DNA from: an uncultured Chloroflexia bacterium
GTDB taxonomy: Bacteria > Chloroflexota > Anaerolineae > Anaerolineales > Anaerolineaceae
Reading direction: 5' to 3'
NCBI GenBank assembly: GCA_963704755.1
Contig: OY969938.1
Span: 1,470,001-1,502,000, forward strand
DNA: 32,000 bases
Shown here: positions 25,276-32,000 of the stretch, piece by piece
Layout: each line of letters opens with the position of its first letter
How positions within the stretch are numbered: position 1 is the stretch's first letter
Notes under the pieces: generated by a model
What the model saw: only the letters and a program-made list of their open reading frames with translations
Databases searched by the model: none
What the model was told of the DNA's origin: nothing
Translations under genes and position numbers: made by a program

Positions 25276-25800
25276 TCAGGAAGAATGTTGCGCCTGAGAA
25301 GCGGATTCGCTGCTCTTGGGACGGAGAAAGGGGATCAACATCAAGAACCCGATGGCAATAATACCCTGGCCGATTTCGACCCCACGGGCCTGCCAGGGCC
25401 CAAAATAGGGCACACCCGGTAAGGGGTGGCTGCCCGCACCAAAAACGTCGGCCATTCCGGCAAATACGACGATCACATAGCCGGTCGCGACCATCCGCAG
25501 GCCGATATCAGCGGCAATACTGCGTTGGCGGTCCTGCCATAAGGTCGTCAGGCCAATGTATCCGCCGATGCAGATGATGCCCAGGCCGACCAGGAAGACC
25601 GCAATTTGCACAAACCCGATCACCGGGCTGCGGTCCAACCCAAACATACTTGGGCGAGCGCCGACCAGAAAGACCAGGAATCCAAAAAGCGTCAGCGCCA
25701 ATCCAAAACGGGTTCGCCAGTTGAAAAGTCGCGTACGGACCGGCTGGCTGCCTGTCGGCGGGTTGATCACAGAAGATGGGGTTGGGTTTGAATCACTCAT
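25276..25800 (-). CDS. Hypothetical integral membrane protein
   Basis: 174 aa with about 4 TM helices. Its ATG overlaps the stop of the upstream dipeptidase gene (ATGA at 25797-25800), so the two are translationally coupled. Confidence 0.7.
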   Translation of the reverse strand: MSDSNPTPSSVINPPTGSQPVRTRLFNWRTRFGLALTLFGFLVFLVGARPSMFGLDRSPVIGFVQIAVFLVGLGIICIGGYIGLTTLWQDRQRSIAADIGLRMVATGYVIVVFAGMADVFGAGSHPLPGVPYFGPWQARGVEIGQGIIAIGFLMLIPFLRPKSSESASQAQHSS

Positions 25801-26900
25801 GCCGGGAGCGTATTTTCCAGAATATTCTGCCAGTTTTGATGGAAGATCGCCTGGATATCGGCGGGCTCGAAGCCGCGCGCTAACAGTGCGGGCTCTATTT
25901 TCTGTAAATCGGCAATGCTGTCAAATTCTAGAGGGACGGTTGGCCAGCCAAATCCACCATCGAAATCTGAGCCAATGGCCACGTGCCGGCTGGAGCCGGC
26001 CACCTGGCAAATATGGTCCACGTGATCCACTAATAAGCGTAAAGGCACTTGCTCGCGCGAGTCGCCCGGTTCCCATCCGGGGACCAAAAACCGGTTGCAG
26101 GGTAACACACCCATTACACCGCCGCGCTCGCTCAAACTGCGGATAACGCGATCAGAAAGGTGACGGCGGATTAACCGCTCATCGCCGTCCAACAACGCGC
26201 TGGCATTCGCATGGCTTGCAATAATCCTGCCAGGGAAGCGATCCAGCGCTTCCAATGCCGAGCGCTCATTCATATGAGCGATATCCAGAGTATATCCCAA
26301 CTCTGCCATCCAATCCAAAAAAATCAACCCTTCGCGGGTAAAACCATCCCCTTCCAGGGTACCACCACATAGGCGCGTGCCGGCCCAGACCGGACCAATA
26401 TATCTTACTCCGGCTTGCCACAATTCTTCCAATTGGTGCTGGCTCGAAATACCCTCAGCGCCTTCGACGCTCAACACCAGGCCCACCGGATTGGCCGGGG
26501 TGGCCGAACTAACGGAGGCTTCGTTCCAGGGTTGCAGTACCTGGGCAAGGTCGGCCCGGTCGAGCAACTGGCGGAACTTGTCCGGCGCGCTGTCGCACAG
26601 CCGGCGATAATAGTCCACCTGGCCCATGGTCAGGCGATAAGCCTCGTCAAAGCTGGCGTAATCCTGGTTTTCCCAGGTGCCTTCCCGATATTTCCTTGGG
26701 GAAATAAAAAGAGAGCAGACGATAACTGCCACCTGCCCCTTTTGGTATTCCGGCCAGCCCAACATGCAATCCCCATTCACATCGACTGTGTGCGATCCCG
26801 CTTCGATTTTGCGGGTCTCATAAGCTGATTGCCGGTAATCCCTCTTAAATGTCAGGGCGCTGTAGGCCAGGTCCTCGTGTGCATCGATCAAGAAGGTCAT
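25797..26900 (-). CDS. Membrane dipeptidase family protein (peptidase M19)
   Basis: The N-terminal IDAHEDLAY and the later VDHVDHICQVAGSSRHVAIGSDFDGGFG fit the M19 renal-dipeptidase pattern. Confidence 0.88.
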   Translation of the reverse strand: MTFLIDAHEDLAYSALTFKRDYRQSAYETRKIEAGSHTVDVNGDCMLGWPEYQKGQVAVIVCSLFISPRKYREGTWENQDYASFDEAYRLTMGQVDYYRRLCDSAPDKFRQLLDRADLAQVLQPWNEASVSSATPANPVGLVLSVEGAEGISSQHQLEELWQAGVRYIGPVWAGTRLCGGTLEGDGFTREGLIFLDWMAELGYTLDIAHMNERSALEALDRFPGRIIASHANASALLDGDERLIRRHLSDRVIRSLSERGGVMGVLPCNRFLVPGWEPGDSREQVPLRLLVDHVDHICQVAGSSRHVAIGSDFDGGFGWPTVPLEFDSIADLQKIEPALLARGFEPADIQAIFHQNWQNILENTLPA

Positions 26901-26973
26901 GAGTTAGGTTTTTTGGGAAAGAGAGCGCACCAATAGGGTGCGCTCTCTGTTACTCTTTCGAGAATGATCGGGC

Positions 26974-28290
26974 TTATTCCTGTGGATTTTCGTCCGATTC
27001 TGATTTTTCTTCCAATTCCGGTTCTTCGTTCACTTCTAGCTTTTCTTCGGAAGCCGGTTTTTCTTCTTCGACGCTTTCACTGCTCTCGCCGTCGGCTTCT
27101 TCCATGACCTCATCCAGGGCCATCCAGTCCATATCCGCGTAGGCCATCGATTCGACCCGGCGCAGGCTCAAGCCGATGCGGTGGTTTTCCGGATCAACTT
27201 TGATCACGCGCAGGGTAACCACATCGCCTTCTTTCAAGACCTCTTTGGGGTGCTCGATGCGCTTCTCGCTGATCTCAGAAATGTGGATCAATCCTTCGAT
27301 GTCATCTTCGATGCGGGCAAAAGCGCCAAACTTGGTCAGGCGGGTGATGGTTCCTTCGAGCAACTGTCCTACCTGGAATTTGGAAACTTTTTCAACCCAC
27401 GGGTCGGATTGCAGTTGGCGGATGGACAGGCCGATGCGTTTCTTGTCGCGATCGATGGAAATGACCTTGACTTTTACTTCCTGTCCGACTTTCAAGACCT
27501 CGCTGGGATGCTGAATGCGGTCCCATGAAATTTCCGAGAGATGTACCAGGCCATCGGCGCCGGCAATATTGACGAATGCGCCGAAATCGGCCAGACTGGT
27601 TACCCGCCCGGTGCGGACTTCGCCTTCATTCAACTCTTCGATCACCCGTTCTTTAATCGATTCACGGGTTTCGGAGCTGGCAGCGCGCTCGGAGAGGATC
27701 AAACGGCGGCGTTCGCGGTCTACTTCGATCACGCAAACGTCCACTTCTTCGTTGATCATCTTGCTCCAGCGCTGTTCCGGGGTTTCACCGGTCATGGCTG
27801 CACGGCGGGAAAGGCTGACCTGGGACGCGGGGATAAATCCACGCAGTCCACCAACGGGAACGATCAACCCACCCTTGTTATAACCAACGATCTTGCTGTG
27901 GTAGGACTCTTTATCATCTTTGAGCTGTTCTGCATCTTTCCAGCTCATTTCTTCCCGGGCGCGAACGTATGAGAGAACGAGATTACCACCCGAATCCTCG
28001 GGGTTAATCACATAAACGGGTATCTCCTGGCCGACTTTTAGTTCGGCCATCTCTTCTTGCGGAATAGCTTCGAATTCTTTTCCGCTAATAATACCCTCGG
28101 ATTTGGTTCCAACGCTGACGAGAATTTGTCCAGGGGTGATACTGGCAATCATTCCATTGCGAATTTCGCCTTGTTGCGGAAAATCAATACCTAAACCCTC
28201 TTGTTCTAACAAAGAAGCCATATTATTGTTTTCCGCCTGGTTGTTCTCGGGCACGGCGTTTTGCTCGAGAGGGGCGTTGTTCTGATCCAT
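26974..28290 (-). CDS. rpsA: 30S ribosomal protein S1 (four S1 domains, acidic C-terminal tail)
   Basis: It has repeated S1 OB-fold motifs (G.I..G.V......G..V..G....G.IH.SE) and an acidic tail, EEADGESSESVEEE.... Confidence 0.93.
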   Translation of the reverse strand: MDQNNAPLEQNAVPENNQAENNNMASLLEQEGLGIDFPQQGEIRNGMIASITPGQILVSVGTKSEGIISGKEFEAIPQEEMAELKVGQEIPVYVINPEDSGGNLVLSYVRAREEMSWKDAEQLKDDKESYHSKIVGYNKGGLIVPVGGLRGFIPASQVSLSRRAAMTGETPEQRWSKMINEEVDVCVIEVDRERRRLILSERAASSETRESIKERVIEELNEGEVRTGRVTSLADFGAFVNIAGADGLVHLSEISWDRIQHPSEVLKVGQEVKVKVISIDRDKKRIGLSIRQLQSDPWVEKVSKFQVGQLLEGTITRLTKFGAFARIEDDIEGLIHISEISEKRIEHPKEVLKEGDVVTLRVIKVDPENHRIGLSLRRVESMAYADMDWMALDEVMEEADGESSESVEEEKPASEEKLEVNEEPELEEKSESDENPQE

Positions 28291-28326
28291 ACGATCTTGC
28301 TCTCCGGTGAATAAAAGATATCACCC

Positions 28327-28355
28327 ATTATAAAGGTGATTTAAGAACTTGGCAA
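28327..28355 (-). promoter_or_regulatory. Sigma70-type promoter TTGCCA-17 nt-TATAAT for rpsA
   Basis: On the minus strand the -35 hexamer is at 28355-28350 and the -10 hexamer at 28332-28327. The -35 hexamer and the spacing are identical to those of the tRNA-Val promoter. Confidence 0.6.
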
Positions 28356-28575
28356 CCCCGCTAGAAAATAAGGGTGCACTCAATGCTCATTTGGAATGTA
28401 TTTGGGAGCGCGCTTTGCACAAATCTAAACACAAACCAAAATTGCCATCCTGCCAACCCCCGAAAATTAACCCGACCCTCTGAACTCTTGCAAAGCGTCG
28501 ATGGGGGCGAACTCCTATTATATCCTTACTGGCACATATTGGGGGAAAAGTCAATGTCTGCGCCGCTTTTTCTTT

Positions 28576-31500
28576 CTATCGGTCCGCGATTTCGGGCTCT
28601 TCGGCTGCAACGATCGGCGCTTCTATGGCCGCCGGCTCGCCTTCGCTGCGCTCACTCCGTTCCCGGTTGGCGCTGACGGTGGCCCCCCGGCTGGGACGGT
28701 AGGTAAACATGCGCGAAACGACGGCTGCACGGATGTCCTTCAATAGTTCGGCGAACATTTCAGTGGCCCGTGCCTTATATTGTACCAGCGGATCACGCTG
28801 GGCGAAGGCTTCCAATCCAATCGAAACGCGCAGCGCATCCACACGGGTCAAATAGTCCACCCAGAGCTGCGAAATGGCGTTCAACAGCACTTCGCGGTAG
28901 ATTTCGTTTTGCAGGCGCAGCCCCAGGGCGACGATGACCCGGTAGGCATCTTCGCCGGGGAGTTCTTTGAGCGGCGTATTAGCCAATTCTTCGAAGCGCT
29001 CCACTCCCAGGCCATTCCGCAGCCGTTCCTGGACGCGCGCTTCCAGCCTGTCCATGGTGATTTCGTTCTGCACCAGCCGGCCAAATTCATAGCGGCCCCA
29101 GACCACTTGCAAGGCATTGCGGGCGCCGTCCAGGTGCTCCAGAATCTCGCCAACCAGGTCCTCGCTCGGGTGGCTTTGCAGCAAATCAGCCGCATAGTAG
29201 ACGTAGGTTAAACGGATAACCTGCTGGCGGCCGCGCCGGTGGGTACGCCGGTCGAAAGTGACCTTGCTGCCTTGCATCATCATCATCAGCAAGCCCATCA
29301 GAGCCGGCAGGTTTTGCTCCAGGTCGATTTTCGTGCTTTCGACTTTTTCGAACGACGCGGCGATATCATGACCGATCTGGCCATCCGGCCCGGTCAGTTT
29401 CTCGATCCGGTCCGCCAGGCATTGTTCCGCGGCGGTGTAGATCGCTTTGGAGGCGGTCTCCCATTCCTGTCCGGCCAGTTGGGCCGGGCGCAAATCGAAA
29501 TCCCATACCCTGCGCTGCAAGGCGCCGATCACCCGCGCCAGGGCAATATTCAGCAAGGTGGTTTCCACCTGTTCATGGACGGCATCTTCAGCGTCCGTGC
29601 CACCTTCCATCAGGTCGCGCATTTCATCCGGCGAAAGGCGCAGGGGAATGCGCGCCAGGCCGCTCAATTCGTCCAGCAAATCCTGGGCTTTCAGCGTCCC
29701 GCCGGCCTCTTCCAAACGGTCAGGCAAGCCCTGGAAGAAATTATCCAGGCCCTCGAAACGCTCTTCCTGTTGTTGAGTCAAGGTCTCTTCGGTCCGGTCG
29801 AGCAGTGCTTCGGTCGAGCGCAGGATGTGATCTCTTTCTGCTTCCAACGCTTTGCGGGCAATGCCAACCAGGGCCGTATGCAATACGCCCGGTTCCACCT
29901 GGCGCTCCCCCAGGGTCTGCTTCAAATCGTCCAATAGCAGGCGGAAAGAGTAGGATGGATAGGCAATCCCTTCCAGGTTGACCGGTGGCTGGACCTCATC
30001 CAGGTAAGCCACCAGCTTCCAGGGGCCCTCTTCGTCGGCCATGGCCTCGGGCACCCGGCGCTGCAGCTCGTTCTGCAGCATTTCATCTACGTCCTCGCTC
30101 AGGTCCTCCTTGACGAAGACCTTGTCGCGCTGGTCGTAGATGCGCTTGCGCTGCATATTCAAAACGTCGTCGTATTCCAGCAAATGTTTGCGGACGTCAA
30201 AGTTCGAACCTTCCACCCGCGTCTGGGATTGTTCCACCAGGCGGGCAACCAGGTTGTTCTCGATCGGCAGGCTTTCATCGATGTTCAACCGCTTGAGCAG
30301 GTTCTCCACCTGCTCGCCGCCGAACAGGCGCATCAGGTCATCTTCGAGCGACAGGTAGAACTTGGAAGAGCCAGGATCGCCCTGGCGGGAAGAACGACCA
30401 CGCAACTGGTTGTCGATCCGGCGCGCCTCGTGGCGTTCGGAGCCGATTACGTGCAGGCCGCCCAGCTCGCGCACCTTGTCCATTTCTTCCATCGATTGCA
30501 GGAACGACTGGACCAATTCGGCATAGATCCCATACTGGTCCAGGTTCATTTTGGCAAGCTGCTGGCGCCGTTCCTCGTTGGTCAGGTCGTAGGGATCTTC
30601 GACGCCGTTGCGCTTGAGCACGCGGATAACGTCGTTGATCGTTTCTTCGTCCAGTTCGCCGCCTAGCTTGATATCGACACCACGGCCGGCCATATTGGTT
30701 GCAATGGTCACTGCCCCGTAAGCGCCTGCCCGCGCGATAATCATCGATTCTTCGTCGTGTTTACGCGCGTTCAACACCTGGTGCGGCACGCCGCCCTGGA
30801 GTACTTTCAACAAGCGCGGCTGGTTTTCGGCCGGCAGCGCGAGGATCTTCATCAGGTTGGCCAGGTTTTCGGGGTCTTCCGGGTTGATCGATGTCATCCC
30901 CACCGAACGGGCAAACTGGCGTATCTCGCCGGTATTCAATTCTGGCAGCGGTTTATAAAGGAATTGCAGCTCAGGGATAACGACTTCGTTATCATCTCGC
31001 TTGTTCTGCTTGAGCCAGGCCTGGCGGACCAGGACCACCTGCATCATGCGCCGCAGCAGTTCAGGCTGCAGCCGCTGCGAGAGGCGTTCGGAATGCTCGA
31101 CCGAGGTTGTGCCCAGCAACTGCGGGCGGCCCAGGACGTGATAGCGAATGGCTTCCATCGCGATTGCCCGCACCTTGGCTTCTTCGGTGCGATAGATGAC
31201 GTCCGGGTAGTCTTTACGCTTCCAGAAAAGCGGATCCTCGTCCGGCCTGTCTTTGTTCGCGTAATAGGTATATTTATAGCCCTGTTCGTCCTTGTCGGTC
31301 ACTTCGATCAAGGCCGGGTTGGGCGTAATGACCCTGTATTCCAGGTTGGTCGGGATGGCAAGAACTTCCAATTTGTAGATCTTGGAAAATTCTTCAGCCT
31401 CGGTCAGGGCTGTACCGGTCATGCCGGCTAATTTATCGTACATGCGGAAGTAATTCTGGATGGTGATTGTCGCGTAGGTGACGTTTTCGGCTTCGACCTT

Positions 31501-32000
31501 GACCCCTTCTTTGGCCTCGACCGCCTGGTGCAAGCCCTCGGACCAGCGCCGGCCGGGCATCAACCGCCCGGTGAACTCGTCCACAATGACGACCTTGCCG
31601 CCCTGGACGATGTAATCTTTGTTTCGTTTGAACAGGTATTGCCCTTTCAGGGCCTGTTCCAGGTAGCCCAATACCCGCGCCTGTTCGGGAGTGATATCTT
31701 CCGGGCGCTCTGGATCACCCAGGGCCATATCCAGGATCTCTTCGACGTGCGCCGAACCAATTTCGGTCAGGGTAACGGTGCGGTCGCGTTCGTTGATCTC
31801 GTAATCTTCTTCCTTGAGCACCCGCACGACCTGGGCCATCTTGATATACCAGTCGGCATCGTCGGCGGCAGGGCCAGAAATAATCAACGGTGTTCGCGCT
31901 TCATCGATCAGGATGTTATCGACCTCATCGACAATCGCGAAATAATGCCCGCGCTGCGAACGGTCTTCCAGGTGATTGGTCAGGTTATCACGCAGGTAAT
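28576..32000 (-). CDS. secA: Preprotein translocase ATPase SecA, 5'-truncated by the window edge, with large lineage-specific insertions
   Basis: The frame stays open upstream of the ORF-track start, reading VDEVDNILIDEARTPLIISGP across 31887. Further motifs: TGTA, VTIATNMAGRGVDI, GGLHVIGSERHEARRIDNQLRGRSSRQGDPGSS and LWVDYL...AQRDPLVQYK. There is no C-terminal zinc finger. Confidence 0.95.
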   Translation of the reverse strand, partial: YLRDNLTNHLEDRSQRGHYFAIVDEVDNILIDEARTPLIISGPAADDADWYIKMAQVVRVLKEEDYEINERDRTVTLTEIGSAHVEEILDMALGDPERPEDITPEQARVLGYLEQALKGQYLFKRNKDYIVQGGKVVIVDEFTGRLMPGRRWSEGLHQAVEAKEGVKVEAENVTYATITIQNYFRMYDKLAGMTGTALTEAEEFSKIYKLEVLAIPTNLEYRVITPNPALIEVTDKDEQGYKYTYYANKDRPDEDPLFWKRKDYPDVIYRTEEAKVRAIAMEAIRYHVLGRPQLLGTTSVEHSERLSQRLQPELLRRMMQVVLVRQAWLKQNKRDDNEVVIPELQFLYKPLPELNTGEIRQFARSVGMTSINPEDPENLANLMKILALPAENQPRLLKVLQGGVPHQVLNARKHDEESMIIARAGAYGAVTIATNMAGRGVDIKLGGELDEETINDVIRVLKRNGVEDPYDLTNEERRQQLAKMNLDQYGIYAELVQSFLQSMEEMDKVRELGGLHVIGSERHEARRIDNQLRGRSSRQGDPGSSKFYLSLEDDLMRLFGGEQVENLLKRLNIDESLPIENNLVARLVEQSQTRVEGSNFDVRKHLLEYDDVLNMQRKRIYDQRDKVFVKEDLSEDVDEMLQNELQRRVPEAMADEEGPWKLVAYLDEVQPPVNLEGIAYPSYSFRLLLDDLKQTLGERQVEPGVLHTALVGIARKALEAERDHILRSTEALLDRTEETLTQQQEERFEGLDNFFQGLPDRLEEAGGTLKAQDLLDELSGLARIPLRLSPDEMRDLMEGGTDAEDAVHEQVETTLLNIALARVIGALQRRVWDFDLRPAQLAGQEWETASKAIYTAAEQCLADRIEKLTGPDGQIGHDIAASFEKVESTKIDLEQNLPALMGLLMMMMQGSKVTFDRRTHRRGRQQVIRLTYVYYAADLLQSHPSEDLVGEILEHLDGARNALQVVWGRYEFGRLVQNEITMDRLEARVQERLRNGLGVERFEELANTPLKELPGEDAYRVIVALGLRLQNEIYREVLLNAISQLWVDYLTRVDALRVSIGLEAFAQRDPLVQYKARATEMFAELLKDIRAAVVSRMFTYRPSRGATVSANRERSERSEGEPAAIEAPIVAAEEPEIADR

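Noticed and set aside
28780-31431. Several 100-230-aa + strand ORFs inside secA (28780-29211, 29239-29937, 30184-30666, 30757-31431).
   Set aside because: These are antisense shadow ORFs of a clearly identified secA, and they have no independent signals.

Overview
The window reads as a chromosomal, mostly housekeeping segment of a high-GC monoderm-type bacterium. The gene set, the T-box upstream of thrS and the Pro/Thr-rich linkers suggest Chloroflexota/Anaerolineae-like, but I cannot verify this. I counted all coordinates by hand, so non-CDS features may be off by 1-2 nt.

Coding content:
- Cell envelope: a class A penicillin-binding protein, an Amidase_3 plus L,D-transpeptidase gene pair, a LysM/M23 peptidase and a PT-linker lipoprotein.
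- Core functions: thrS behind a T-box leader, rpsA, a 5'-truncated and unusually long secA, tRNA-Ser(GGA) and tRNA-Val(GAC).
- Smaller genes: tandem DUF970/YaaQ-like PII-like proteins, DUF4013, AMMECR1, a flavin reductase, an HD hydrolase, a thioredoxin-TPR protein, an NrtR-like regulator, two CBS-pair proteins and an M19 dipeptidase.
- I found no rRNA, CRISPR array, transposase, integrase or recognisable defence gene.

The unusual content is non-coding, in the AT-rich intergenic regions:
1. A MITE superfamily with GTAAC...GTTAC termini and about 8-bp target-site duplications, with at least 8 copies or fragments. One subfamily is 112 bp with a 26-bp perfect hairpin core. One copy sits inside an older palindrome, and another supplies the stop codon of a gene.
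2. Long perfect hairpins whose apex is always CTTCG on the + strand. That puts GCGAAGC, the hyperstable DNA mini-hairpin, on the - strand, even in an inverted MITE copy.
3. Two tandem copies of a remodelled tRNA-Ser 3' end, lying between the tRNA-Ser gene and its terminator.

Two reading frames break at short homopolymer runs. This looks more like assembly indels than biology.
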